Source: a virus (Duplodnaviria; Heunggongvirae; Uroviricota; Caudoviricetes). From it: a DNA stretch of 58,084 nucleotides. Position 1 is the stretch's first letter, and every line of letters starts with the position of its first letter. The position numbers and the translations under genes are program-made. The stretch is from IMG/VR virus record IMGVR_UViG_3300032116_000040, positions 1 through 58,084 of that record; one strand, given 5' to 3'. The notes under the pieces are model-generated. The model was not told the origin of the DNA and made no database searches. It saw nothing but the letters and a program-made list of their open reading frames with translations. Below are positions 46,182 through 56,462 of this stretch, one piece after another.

Positions 46182-46755
46182 GTGAGAGCCCAGTAGTCAC
46201 AATCGTCAGCGTGCTAACTAGGGTTAACACGACCGGCGGCAATTCGAACTTTAATTTATTAGCCAGTGTTATCACAGTGGTTAGAGATGACAAGACTATG
46301 TTTAAGGTCTTAAGTAGATTCTTTTTTGTCTGTAGTGCCATTGCTAGCGTGTATGCTGGATTTGGTGCAGAAGGTGGAACCGATACTGCTGGAGGTATAG
46401 CAGCCGTCGTAACTGCTGCCTGAGTCTCAGTAGGAATAGAGTCAAGTGCTTCACTGGCCGTCTTATATTCCTGTTTCATTTTGATAATATCCTCTTCGAC
46501 TGCAGGTTTAAGATTCTTTTTTATCTCTTCGAGTACTTTTTTCTTGGCTTCTTCGGTTGACCGATCCGCTTCTTCTTCAGACATTCCACGATATACCTTT
46601 TCTGCTTTTGCATTATCAATCATCGTTAGGTACTTACCGAGATTCTCGTCCTTTTTAATCAGGTTTTCAATCACGCTATCTGCGTTTAATCCAGGAATAT
46701 CTGTTCCTAACGATCCTAATTTAGTTATTGCTTTTGCTTGATCTTCTAGTGCCAT
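46168..46755 (-). CDS. Hypothetical baseplate-cluster protein
   Basis: 195 aa; coiled coil then hydrophobic C-terminus; coupled to the spike gene. Confidence 0.55.
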   Translation of the reverse strand: MALEDQAKAITKLGSLGTDIPGLNADSVIENLIKKDENLGKYLTMIDNAKAEKVYRGMSEEEADRSTEEAKKKVLEEIKKNLKPAVEEDIIKMKQEYKTASEALDSIPTETQAAVTTAAIPPAVSVPPSAPNPAYTLAMALQTKKNLLKTLNIVLSSLTTVITLANKLKFELPPVVLTLVSTLTIVTTGLSLIPG

Positions 46756-46757
46756 CT

Positions 46758-47435
46758 TTATTTAGTTTTTGTGGTTCCGCTTATTACTCCGCTATCTGGA
46801 AGTATCGGTGTCAATGGTGGAGTACCAGATGATGGGTGAACATGAGTATTAAACATATTAAGAAAAGTCTCTCCCTTCAATAAATATTCCGATATGCTTG
46901 GAATATCTGGTGACCCTAATTCTATATTGGGTGAATCCACTACTACCTTATTATCAGTCTTAATCGTTATTAGGTTATCCGGTGCTAAGTTAATGCTTGC
47001 TCCCTTTACTGAGATCGTTAGTCCCTTACCTATGGTAAACCACAGTTTTAGCTCCTGGTCTCCATCGAATAGAATGATATGACTTCCATCATACTCAGTA
47101 TTCAACTCGTCCTTGATATCTTGTGCCAATTCATGGATCGCAAAGTATTCCGGTGAGTATGGATTACCATTATCGAACTTAACGGCAACAATACTTCCTA
47201 CTTTAGGTATAGAGATCGAACCTGCCTTGCCCCCTTGTCCAAAGAACAGACTCTTGTTTTTAGGATATGCCCATGGTACATCCTCAGCGGGCAGATCATC
47301 ATGGATGCTATATACTCTAACCCTAGCTCTTCCCTCTTTTCTGGGATCATCTATTAACTCAATTACTCCTAAAAACTGTTTATCTAGAAGGTCATTAATG
47401 TCTCTATTTGATATGTCGTGATTTCTATCTAACAT
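46758..47435 (-). CDS. Baseplate central spike (gp5/VgrG OB-fold, HxH apex)
   Basis: G.IE..DDP...GR.RVRV, WAYP, P.VG..V.V.F..G, terminal FNTHVHP. Confidence 0.82.
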   Translation of the reverse strand: MLDRNHDISNRDINDLLDKQFLGVIELIDDPRKEGRARVRVYSIHDDLPAEDVPWAYPKNKSLFFGQGGKAGSISIPKVGSIVAVKFDNGNPYSPEYFAIHELAQDIKDELNTEYDGSHIILFDGDQELKLWFTIGKGLTISVKGASINLAPDNLITIKTDNKVVVDSPNIELGSPDIPSISEYLLKGETFLNMFNTHVHPSSGTPPLTPILPDSGVISGTTKTK

Positions 47436-47469
47436 GCATTATTTTACTTTTAATTAGCCTTGAGTTTTA

Positions 47470-48639
47470 TTAATATATGTTTCCTAAATCCTTAGGATTT
47501 TCTTTTGTACCATCATTTCTTGGAAATTCTCCTGCAGTATTTCCTCCATATAGATCACCGATCGGTTTTGGTCGAGGTCGATTAAATGCCGCACCTAATG
47601 CTGGATTAATAAGTCCACCAATAGATTTAAGTCTTTCATCCACTGCGTTTGTTGCACTATCAACGAATCCGCCCACAAAAGGAAGGTCGCTTGCTCCTCT
47701 CACTCTAGTCTGAAGATTAGCGGCAGTGTTTCGTAAGCTCCACGGATTTTTCATGGAGTTAGTTGTAAAGTCATCTGCGATCTTAGTTGAATCGTGATAT
47801 TCGCTTTCCTCTTCAAAGTAACCAACCTTTATCTTAAAGCTACTGGTATTGGGAGATTTTAAATCATGGCTATCAATTTTCAGAGACTGTCCGCCAATGA
47901 AGCTTTCAGAAAAATCAAATTCACACTGCCTACACTTAAACTTTAAGAATCCAAACTGTTTCATTGGATTACTTTGATCTAATTGTTGGTTACCTAATAG
48001 TGAACCTAGGCCTGCCGTAGCATCAGTAAGTGTCCTATTTAAACCACTAGTGTCTATTCCTAGAGCACTTGTCATATTACTAAATGAACCAGCTGGATTA
48101 TATCTTATATTTCTAGCTTCTGCAATATACACATCCATTGCAAACCACCTTAAGTTATCCGGTACCAGCTCTCTCATGTAGACCTTATCGTAAATTGAAG
48201 ATCGATATAGGTTAGCGATCTCAGTTATTCTCAAATCAATGGCTTCCATTGTCTCAATAGTAAGCGTAGCTTCCTTTCCCTTATACGCATCTTTAATATT
48301 TGTTGCACCAGACCACAATTTATCTAGCCCCGATATCGACTGAAAATACCAAGGCGCATTAAAAGTTAAATATTCAAGAATGGATTTGAGTTTCGCTAAG
48401 TTATTTTCTTTGTCTTTATAACCGATTGATCCAAGATAAGTTTGAGCACTATTTGGGTTATTCTCTCCTCCTTTTTCAAAAAGTGGACTGGACCATAGGA
48501 AATCACTAGTAGCAACATTTGTGCTCTCAAACCTAAAATCTAATGCAAACGTTAGATAAGTAGGTTGATCATATGGATCTAAAAGAAAACCCTTTTTAAA
48601 GTTATCTACTTTATTTCGTACTCCGTAAAAGTTATGCAT
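47470..48639 (-). CDS. Putative baseplate / tube-like protein
   Basis: PWYFQSISGLDKLW, LTIETME..DL.I, DN.R.F.M.V; baseplate cluster context. Confidence 0.5.
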   Translation of the reverse strand: MHNFYGVRNKVDNFKKGFLLDPYDQPTYLTFALDFRFESTNVATSDFLWSSPLFEKGGENNPNSAQTYLGSIGYKDKENNLAKLKSILEYLTFNAPWYFQSISGLDKLWSGATNIKDAYKGKEATLTIETMEAIDLRITEIANLYRSSIYDKVYMRELVPDNLRWFAMDVYIAEARNIRYNPAGSFSNMTSALGIDTSGLNRTLTDATAGLGSLLGNQQLDQSNPMKQFGFLKFKCRQCEFDFSESFIGGQSLKIDSHDLKSPNTSSFKIKVGYFEEESEYHDSTKIADDFTTNSMKNPWSLRNTAANLQTRVRGASDLPFVGGFVDSATNAVDERLKSIGGLINPALGAAFNRPRPKPIGDLYGGNTAGEFPRNDGTKENPKDLGNIY

Positions 48640-50140
48640 TTGCAGTAAAAATTATTTTTGAGGGTAGCCATTCTCTTCTAGCTAAGAAAAATTCAGTTGA
48701 AAATGGATTAATTGTGGTCGGGTCATAATGATATTTTACGCCGGATACATAATATCTCCCAGATAATTGCGTGTCCAACGTCTCATCCGATAATTTTTCT
48801 TTTTCTTGAACTTGTCGAACCTCCGTAAGATCTGCTTCTTTCCGTATAGCGTCAGCCAGTCTAAGAGTTAAAAAAACAGGTATCGATGCTCCTCTAATCA
48901 CTTGAAAATTTATTCCCTTTGTCACAGCTCTAAGTTTTATTTTTTCAAGCTCTTTTAAATTATGTGTGTTAAAAACTCTCGCTGCATTCCAGTGCTGGTG
49001 AGTATTTCCATAATTGATATTCATCCATTTCTTATTTCCAATCTCAGCAAGACCTTCATCATCTGGTGTAAGCATATTAGATTCTTCTGAACCTTCAGTG
49101 TTAAGTGGAGCAGTATAAAAATCTTTAAATTTATTTAGCTTACCTTCTTTTATTTCTACTGGTTCAAAATGATCATAATAATATATTTTCTTTAAATATC
49201 CATCTGATTTTAATATTGCACCCTGATCTGAAATCAAGTTTGCTTCAATTATATAATTAGGTTTACCTGAGCTCGCTGCTCTATTTGTTAAATAGTTAAT
49301 GTTTGTAGTTTCGCTAATTGCTCCCTTTATTGGAAGATCTTTTTGTCTTTGCGTCAAATTTGAATAAATAGGATCAGATTCGGCCAGAAACATTTGATCT
49401 GCTTCTAATTGTTTTAATTGCTCATTAACATTTATGAAATTAAAAATCATTTCCTTATTTATAAACCCATTAAAAAAAGATAACTCATCCTGATATGCAT
49501 AATTTGTTATCTCCTTCATAAAATTCATAGGGCTAGTATTAATGTTTATCCAAGTCATAAAATCATTCGTTGTAAACTCATTTTGTGCATAACCTAAACC
49601 CAACTCAGAGCATACTTTTTTTAGAGCATCTATTGAGTTTAAATTAGGATAGCTCTTTGAAACGTTATTATATATTCTAGGAACAAATAAGATACCTTTA
49701 ATTATATAAGTTGTTCCGTTTCCTAATACTAAGCCTGCTGAATCTATTGATATTGGTATTGATTTAACACTAGTTATTAAATAATCAGATCGAACAGGTT
49801 TTAATTTTTCATTACTTACTGCAATATAGACACTAGCAATTAAATTTCTTTTTGGAAAATTATTTCCTGCAAATTCTCCAGCATTATCTTTAAAAATAAG
49901 AGTAAAAGTTGGAATAAATCCAGTTTCATCAATCGTCATGCTTTCAATAACAGTTATTGTTTTCCCAGCAATTTTAATCGTCGGTATCAAAGCACCAGCA
50001 GATTGACTAGAATCTGGAGATGATTTACCTTGACGAATTATTCCTTTTTCTTGACTATCACTAGACGTATCATAATCAGATAAAGTTGTTAACTTTATCG
50101 AAGGTTGCTGTAAAGTTTTTATTATCTGACTAAATGCCAT
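48632..50140 (-). CDS. Putative baseplate hub protein (gp27/late control D-like)
   Basis: 502 aa directly upstream of the spike; LSGRYYVSGVKYHY...FSTEFFLARREW. Confidence 0.55.
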   Translation of the reverse strand: MAFSQIIKTLQQPSIKLTTLSDYDTSSDSQEKGIIRQGKSSPDSSQSAGALIPTIKIAGKTITVIESMTIDETGFIPTFTLIFKDNAGEFAGNNFPKRNLIASVYIAVSNEKLKPVRSDYLITSVKSIPISIDSAGLVLGNGTTYIIKGILFVPRIYNNVSKSYPNLNSIDALKKVCSELGLGYAQNEFTTNDFMTWININTSPMNFMKEITNYAYQDELSFFNGFINKEMIFNFINVNEQLKQLEADQMFLAESDPIYSNLTQRQKDLPIKGAISETTNINYLTNRAASSGKPNYIIEANLISDQGAILKSDGYLKKIYYYDHFEPVEIKEGKLNKFKDFYTAPLNTEGSEESNMLTPDDEGLAEIGNKKWMNINYGNTHQHWNAARVFNTHNLKELEKIKLRAVTKGINFQVIRGASIPVFLTLRLADAIRKEADLTEVRQVQEKEKLSDETLDTQLSGRYYVSGVKYHYDPTTINPFSTEFFLARREWLPSKIIFTANA

Positions 50141-50723
50141 TCAAATTATCATTATTTTTTAATTGATCTTTTACTCTATTCCTAACTGCTGATTGGTTCA
50201 GATTAGTTGAGCTAGCTTGGGTCATGTTTGCCCCAAAAATGACTTCTCCATTCACTACTTGAACATTTTTTGCACCTGTTAGATTAACGTTTGGCGGAAC
50301 TATTTCAGGTACGCTTGTTCTAATCGATTCAAGTCTTTTCTTATCTTTTTGTGTTTTTGGAACAATTATTTTGCTTTCATTCTTTTTGGCAGGCTCAGTG
50401 CCTTTCTCTACAACTTCTCTTGGGGGGCGAATTAAAGTTGAGATTGAAGTAAAAGCTGGAGCCAATATCACTTCTCCGAAATTTATGGAAAATGGATTAG
50501 ATATTCCATTATATTTTAATACGATATCCCAACTATCTGAATTAGAGTATACTCTTTCTGCGATCAAATCTGGTCGCATTACCTCAAACTCATTTACAAA
50601 TATTGTTCCTGAAGATATAGGAGAACTTGCATATTTAAAAGTTGCACTAATTAAGTCAACTATTGATTCTCCAGTAATAGTGGAGAATAATTTTTTTGCT
50701 CCAAGTAATTTACTAGTTAACAT
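50130..50723 (-). CDS. Baseplate wedge LysM-like protein (gp53-like)
   Basis: MRPDLIAERVY..SD.WDIVLKYNGISNPFSI..G.VI. Confidence 0.75.
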   Translation of the reverse strand: MLTSKLLGAKKLFSTITGESIVDLISATFKYASSPISSGTIFVNEFEVMRPDLIAERVYSNSDSWDIVLKYNGISNPFSINFGEVILAPAFTSISTLIRPPREVVEKGTEPAKKNESKIIVPKTQKDKKRLESIRTSVPEIVPPNVNLTGAKNVQVVNGEVIFGANMTQASSTNLNQSAVRNRVKDQLKNNDNLNGI

Positions 50724-50725
50724 AA

Positions 50726-52651
50726 TTAATCTTTTGTTTTTAAGTCAACGAAATAATCCACAAGTATAGGAGAATTACCGAATCCGACCCCATATCTGTT
50801 TGCTACATTTACTTTAAAATAGCTTGCTGCATATGTTGCTGCATTAGGATCGATTTTTCCATCCTTATCCTTTACTGTTGAATTTTCTGTTATGCTGCTT
50901 GAAGATTTTTCCAAATCCATTTTAAGTTGCTCATTTCCAGCAGTCAATGAACTGGCCCCATATGCTTTTGCTATTCGAGTTGAGTTATATTCTCCATTTG
51001 AATCCATTGTACTTGCTGGTGGACTTAGTGCTGTGAATCCTAAGTCTCCTCCTCCATGATTAAACATAGATTCAATATCCTGTTTTGCTCTAGGTCGACC
51101 TGGCTTTAAATTAACTGTAAATTTTATGGAAGTTGGAAAATCATCGGCTCCCAATTCATCAGATAGAGAAATAGTAGTTGAGTCTAAGCATAAATTACCC
51201 ATTACCGCAATAGGATCCATTGGATTTCCTACCATCAGGTGCCATTCTCCGACTGCTCGTCCATCTAATAATGCTCTGAAAACTAATGGGTTTTGATGCA
51301 ATTTTCCCATACGCGATGCTGCAACATCGTTTGCAATATTTGTTCCAGCAAGTTCGGTCGCAAGTATTTTTGCCATTTCCTCTGCACTCTTTCCAGTAAG
51401 CTTAGGACCAAGTTGTTCTACGAATTTTTTTAGCCCATCCGCTTTTGCTAATACCTCATTTCCTACCAGTGAGGCAACGTCTTTCATTGCTGTGATATAA
51501 TCTCCTTTTTCCATCGCATCTGTATTGAATGCGGGAAGCAACGCACCAGTTTGTTGAAAATATCTATATCCTCCTCCCCAAAAAGTAGCTCTATTATATG
51601 TAAGTGACATAAAGTTACTAATTAAATCTAGCATAGCTACCTTTGGATTTATTTTGCCATATGATCTTAGAGTATATTCAAAATCTAGTTTTATTGTGTG
51701 AGTAAAATCATACCCTCTTTCTCTTCTCTGAGTTCTATCGATCACGTTTACTGGTCCAAGTACCCTATTCCAGTAAGCTCCTCGCTCCCAACTGTCTTTT
51801 GTAAACTGTTGTAGAGTTGCATCATATCCAGACAGTGCAAATGGATTGGAATCTGCCTGGTTTCTAAATACTGTGATTAGCGCTTGTCGAAGAGTCTCAT
51901 TTTCTTTAGGAATTCCAGCAGTGTCTAATAATTGCTCAATCGTTATTTCGTTTCCCTGCACATCATCTACTTTTGCTGTATCCTCAGTCCACTTAAACCC
52001 ATACGTCATGCCCAATATTTCAGATAAATTGTTTCCAGTATCTGTTCCCCACCATGAAACTGCTTGGGCAATGGGAACAAGTGGAAGTTTTGATCCGTCG
52101 ACTGCCAAATTATCTTCTATCGGTATTGGATATCTTCGAAGAGTTAATAACCTATTATTTGGTATTTTTCCATACCACTTACACCACAAAAAATCGTTTA
52201 TTTGATATGGATATGGATAAATTGGACCTTTATGAGATGATCCCTTAAGAGCTTGATTGTTTGCCCAATCTATAATGTTAACTGCACTAGGATTCTGTAT
52301 AATTGCTCTATATTGATCCTGGGCAGTTGCATTAGCATAATCTAGTATTTTTCCGTCGACATATGTGTTTTTATGTCTATTTACTTCATATATACCTTCA
52401 TTTTTTGAATTAGTGCCCAATCCAAATTCAGAATATCTAAAGACCGTAAATGGATTAAATATAGATTCTGCTCCTACTGCAAGTAACACGTTTCCTCCAA
52501 TCCCATCAATTCCTCCAGTTATTTGTTTTTCGGAAGAATTAATATTGCTTTGGGAAATTATCTTATTCGTCACTCCATCATTTTGAGCTCCACTAAGATT
52601 CAATACTCTGTCAGCCTCTTCATCGCCGTCTAGATTTAGCGGTCTTCCCAT
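50726..52651 (-). CDS. Putative baseplate/tail structural protein
   Basis: 641 aa; G..HL.VGNP.DPI...GNL, DDFPT.IKF.V.LKPGRPR; AATAAATAA at 52666-52674. Confidence 0.55.
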   Translation of the reverse strand: MGRPLNLDGDEEADRVLNLSGAQNDGVTNKIISQSNINSSEKQITGGIDGIGGNVLLAVGAESIFNPFTVFRYSEFGLGTNSKNEGIYEVNRHKNTYVDGKILDYANATAQDQYRAIIQNPSAVNIIDWANNQALKGSSHKGPIYPYPYQINDFLWCKWYGKIPNNRLLTLRRYPIPIEDNLAVDGSKLPLVPIAQAVSWWGTDTGNNLSEILGMTYGFKWTEDTAKVDDVQGNEITIEQLLDTAGIPKENETLRQALITVFRNQADSNPFALSGYDATLQQFTKDSWERGAYWNRVLGPVNVIDRTQRRERGYDFTHTIKLDFEYTLRSYGKINPKVAMLDLISNFMSLTYNRATFWGGGYRYFQQTGALLPAFNTDAMEKGDYITAMKDVASLVGNEVLAKADGLKKFVEQLGPKLTGKSAEEMAKILATELAGTNIANDVAASRMGKLHQNPLVFRALLDGRAVGEWHLMVGNPMDPIAVMGNLCLDSTTISLSDELGADDFPTSIKFTVNLKPGRPRAKQDIESMFNHGGGDLGFTALSPPASTMDSNGEYNSTRIAKAYGASSLTAGNEQLKMDLEKSSSSITENSTVKDKDGKIDPNAATYAASYFKVNVANRYGVGFGNSPILVDYFVDLKTKD

Positions 52652-52693
52652 ATCTTTTCTTTTTATTATTTATTAAGATAACAGAGATTACGA

Positions 52694-54634
52694 TTAGTCT
52701 CTACTTTTCAAAAAATCGTTAAAGCTAGTTACCTTTTTTACTAGCTTTTTCTTTTTACTCTTTTTGCCTGGTCCAGCTAGAGATAGCGTATCCATGTTGT
52801 CTGCAGGCAGAGTTCCTGGGGTCTGAAATGCTGCTCCTGGGGAAACCGCATCTTCATTTGTCTTTTTCTCAGCCGATTTATAGAATTTTGGACCCTCTCC
52901 TTTTTCGTAAGGCGTGAGACCAAGTGCATCAAGTCTTAATTTATTGGTGACACTGCTTACGCCTTTTTCAAGATCTCGACCTCCCTGCTTGCTTACTGCG
53001 TATACTCCTCCCTTGATTATGCTAAATATCCCGTTAAAGATTGCTCTGTTCTGATCGGCATTTTTTCTAGCGACAGCCGCATCTCCTCTATCTGGAATGG
53101 TGGAAAAGAGTCCTACTACTATCTGGCCCAGTCCTTTAAGAAGATTCTTTAGTGGGCTCTCAGCGATCCTATCTGCTTCGCTAACTGCTAATCTTATTCT
53201 TTGATAAAGAGGCAGACGAAGGTCTGGTTTTAACTGAATACCTTTAAAGTTCTTCATGTTAAAGTCCTTGGACAAGTAATAGTTTTTAATCTCTTTCTCC
53301 TTTTCTTGGGTGATGGATTTTATCTTAGCGATAGCGTTATCAGTGTCTCGCTTCGATAGCTCACCATCCACTTCGCTCTCAATGTATTTAATTATCCATG
53401 AACTACTGATCTGTAGGTATGCTAGCTGGTTTTCCTCAAGAGCGCTCTCTGCGGTTCTGGCAGAAGTGTTAAACTGTGAGATCCTGACCGAATCCACTAG
53501 TACTTCTCGAATGGCCGCTTCTAGCCAGGCAGCATTTTGAGATTCTAAACTTTTAAATAGCTTATAGTAGTCTCCTCCGGGCTCAGCGATCTCGCCGTTT
53601 GTCATTGGAGGAAGAAGAGCTAAGCTTAGTGCGCTCATCAGCTTTTCCTTAATCCTATTCTTTTTTCTTAGACTTGGTCTCTCGGTCTTAACCGTCTCCT
53701 TCTCTTTATTCTTGATTGGTTCTGCGAAAAATTTAGAATATCCTAGAGCATCTATGAGAGGCTTCCAGTCTACTTCCAATTTTTCTCTACCCGTCTCAGT
53801 ATTGGGAATGTCTGCGATCACGTTTTTAATATCGTTTAGCGAGTTAGCTACCTCTTTCTTAATTGCATCTTCGGTTCTTTGTAAAAGCTTAGCAACCTTC
53901 TTTTTATAAGATTCGCTAGCGATTGTACGTGCCTTTTCAGCAATATCCGGATTCTTTTCTAGTATATCCTTAAGCTCCTCCTTTTTTACTATCTTGCTCT
54001 CTCCATTTGAATCTATCGTTTCAAACTCATTTGATTCAACCTTATTATCGACCATTCCAATCTTTCCGATCTTTATGGTTGGTGCTCCTTCCTCACTTGA
54101 AGTGATAAGGGAGGAGTCTAAGCTTTTTAGAGCAAGAAGAATGCTGGTGTCCTTGTCCAAGTCCGGAGACTCGTTTGCTGCATAGCTAAAGATAAGGTGC
54201 ATCTTATAGATCCTACTCTTAACGTCAGCTTCACGTATTAAAAATCTTTTATAGCTGTCAAAGTTTTGATTTGGGTCGATCTTCTTCTTGTCTGAATTAA
54301 GAGCACTTAGGCTCTTTCTTGATCGGGTCAAGTATTCACCCAACCATTCAACTTTTCCTGGAGAGACCATTGCGAGCAGAATCTTCTGTAGTTCTGGGTT
54401 AGATTTTACCTTTTCTAGAAGAAGAACGTCCAGTTTTTGTAAAACCTGTTCAATGGATTCAAATGAAGTTGTTCTTGCGATCTTGTCGGTCGTTTCTCCA
54501 CCTATTCCCGAATTAATGATATTCGTTAACTCATCGAACTCTGAGCCTTTTTTATCATCCTTGGTATCAGCTGCCTCATTGACTACTGATTGCTGTAGGT
54601 TCAGCCAATTTCGTAAGTATGCTTCAAAACTCAT
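52694..54634 (-). CDS. Large helical putative internal head protein
   Basis: 646 aa; N-terminal SFEAYL...VVNEA, C-terminal basic tail ending VTSFNDFLKSRD; GATAAATAA at 54654-54662. Confidence 0.5.
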   Translation of the reverse strand: MSFEAYLRNWLNLQQSVVNEAADTKDDKKGSEFDELTNIINSGIGGETTDKIARTTSFESIEQVLQKLDVLLLEKVKSNPELQKILLAMVSPGKVEWLGEYLTRSRKSLSALNSDKKKIDPNQNFDSYKRFLIREADVKSRIYKMHLIFSYAANESPDLDKDTSILLALKSLDSSLITSSEEGAPTIKIGKIGMVDNKVESNEFETIDSNGESKIVKKEELKDILEKNPDIAEKARTIASESYKKKVAKLLQRTEDAIKKEVANSLNDIKNVIADIPNTETGREKLEVDWKPLIDALGYSKFFAEPIKNKEKETVKTERPSLRKKNRIKEKLMSALSLALLPPMTNGEIAEPGGDYYKLFKSLESQNAAWLEAAIREVLVDSVRISQFNTSARTAESALEENQLAYLQISSSWIIKYIESEVDGELSKRDTDNAIAKIKSITQEKEKEIKNYYLSKDFNMKNFKGIQLKPDLRLPLYQRIRLAVSEADRIAESPLKNLLKGLGQIVVGLFSTIPDRGDAAVARKNADQNRAIFNGIFSIIKGGVYAVSKQGGRDLEKGVSSVTNKLRLDALGLTPYEKGEGPKFYKSAEKKTNEDAVSPGAAFQTPGTLPADNMDTLSLAGPGKKSKKKKLVKKVTSFNDFLKSRD

Positions 54635-54653
54635 ATGATGTTCGAGATTTTAA

Positions 54654-54845
54654 TTATTTATCTCTTTTTTTAAGTTGCTCATAGGGAATGGTCCACATGT
54701 TTCGACGAACCTCACCTTTCATAAAATCATAGACAGAATTACCGGTCTTTCCTTCTTCTGGATGTTGCAATACTGCGTTTTCTAGTTTCTCCTTACCCTT
54801 ACGGTAGTTTTCTAGGTTTTTCCAATCTTTGTGTTTATTGTCCAC
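54654..54845 (-). CDS. Hypothetical protein
   Basis: 63 aa ORF. Confidence 0.5.
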   Translation of the reverse strand: MDNKHKDWKNLENYRKGKEKLENAVLQHPEEGKTGNSVYDFMKGEVRRNMWTIPYEQLKKRDK

Positions 54846-54854
54846 ATTACTTGA

Positions 54855-56414
54855 TTATTTTAAGGTCGTGTATTCTCCCTTTATAAAGCTAATGTGTTGA
54901 GCTTTTGAGTCCTCATGAATGATTACGTGAGACTGTAACCATGCGCTAGCTCCTATGTTGTAGCCTACTCTTAGGTGAGTTGAGGTTCCGACTGCCAGAG
55001 CTCCATCCTTTCTTCCTGGTGAATGATAGTGGCCGACTACGATCTTATTGTTTAGCTTTCTAAACTGTTGTAGCGATCCTCGACTACCATTTGAACCAAT
55101 GTCTCCATGTTGACCCAATTCCCATCCATTAACTATGTAACTGTCGCTTCTGCCTAAAGTTATAAAGTGAGGATATTGTTTATTTATCACCCATGGAATG
55201 ACACCGTTCGGTGCCTCACCGCTTAGTATCGCCGCTGAGTAGTGCATGTACTCTAGTGAGTTTTTGGGAGTGACAGTCTTTCGCCAATCAGTATTCTTTA
55301 ACCAACGATCCACAAAATCATCGTGATTGCTCCTTACGATCACAGTATTATATTCTTCAAAATCTGCTAGGCATGAGAGCATCTCATCTATCTCACGTCT
55401 TAGTGAATTTGTGCCCTCTAGTTCCTTTTGATACTGTAGAAACGGGTCTTTTTCTTCATGGTGACTGATTGATTTTCCATCAAAGACGTCGTGAAGGATC
55501 ACGTGATCAGGATGCAACTCATCCATCAGCTCCAAGGTCTTATTGACCACCTTTTTATCATGGCTACCTATGTGCAAGTCACCAAAGACTATAGCTGAAA
55601 TCCTATTGATTCGTGTGACCTCCTCGTTTTCAACTCGATAAAAAAGATCAGTGAAACTGCCCTGATCGGTCGCAGTCACCTGTCTCATAAAAAAGATCTC
55701 ATTGTTTTTGATCTCGACGATCACAAAACCTAGGGTGTGATGAAATTCTCCCTTTTTACCCGATTTTGAATCAGTATAGTTTTTGATTGTGCACGCACCG
55801 GTCGTTACCATCATCTTTGGAGAATTGGTTTCAAGCACCGGAATCATCTCCATTTGCACTTTAGGCGAGCCAAATATGCATGAGTTTATTCCGCTCAATC
55901 CTTCCATGCCGGTCATTGGATTGACCGCAGTAGGCTGGATCTTTACGTCTGACATGATCGATACGTATTTGTGAATGTCGTGACGATTCGCGTCTAGATA
56001 TTCCAAGACCTCATCCGCCCACCTTTCTTCGTATTCTTGGTTGTTTGTCCAAACGCTGGTCGGGTTCTTATACCTACCTGCAATTACGTGAATATCTGCA
56101 TTGATAAAGTCGGCGTATGCCTTCACGTTATTCATAAAATCTGGATGGACTGGCGTGTTGTTTTGCGCCCAAGTTATAATAAAACGTTTTGTCTTTTTAT
56201 TGTGCTCCTTGGCTTGAGCTATCTTTAGTTGAGGCGAGTCTTCCTGTGAGTTTTCAGTTAAGTTAAGTCGAGCGACCCATGTTCCAATGGTTCTTCTAGA
56301 ACAGTCAAACCTTTCGGATAGCGTGTCCAATCGTTTATCCCAGGAAAGTTCTTTGTTATAATAAGTCTCGCATATGTAAAGTTTATCAGATTCGTCTAGA
56401 TCGTTAAATCTCAT
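54855..56414 (-). CDS. T5 A1-like metallophosphoesterase/nuclease with N-terminal HTH
   Basis: KRFIITWAQNNT, TTG.CT.KNY, GDLH, HDVFD, SNHD, HGD.GSNGSRG, GHYHS, GYN.GAS.W.Q.H. Confidence 0.75.
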   Translation of the reverse strand: MRFNDLDESDKLYICETYYNKELSWDKRLDTLSERFDCSRRTIGTWVARLNLTENSQEDSPQLKIAQAKEHNKKTKRFIITWAQNNTPVHPDFMNNVKAYADFINADIHVIAGRYKNPTSVWTNNQEYEERWADEVLEYLDANRHDIHKYVSIMSDVKIQPTAVNPMTGMEGLSGINSCIFGSPKVQMEMIPVLETNSPKMMVTTGACTIKNYTDSKSGKKGEFHHTLGFVIVEIKNNEIFFMRQVTATDQGSFTDLFYRVENEEVTRINRISAIVFGDLHIGSHDKKVVNKTLELMDELHPDHVILHDVFDGKSISHHEEKDPFLQYQKELEGTNSLRREIDEMLSCLADFEEYNTVIVRSNHDDFVDRWLKNTDWRKTVTPKNSLEYMHYSAAILSGEAPNGVIPWVINKQYPHFITLGRSDSYIVNGWELGQHGDIGSNGSRGSLQQFRKLNNKIVVGHYHSPGRKDGALAVGTSTHLRVGYNIGASAWLQSHVIIHEDSKAQHISFIKGEYTTLK

Positions 56415-56434
56415 AGGTTAGAAAAGTTTTGTAT

Positions 56435-56462
56435 CTTATATTAAAGAGTAGGTCTAAAGTTT
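56435..56462 (-). promoter_or_regulatory. Class-2 promoter motif upstream of the A1-like gene
   Basis: On the - strand AAACTTT-N13-AATATAAG. Confidence 0.45.
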
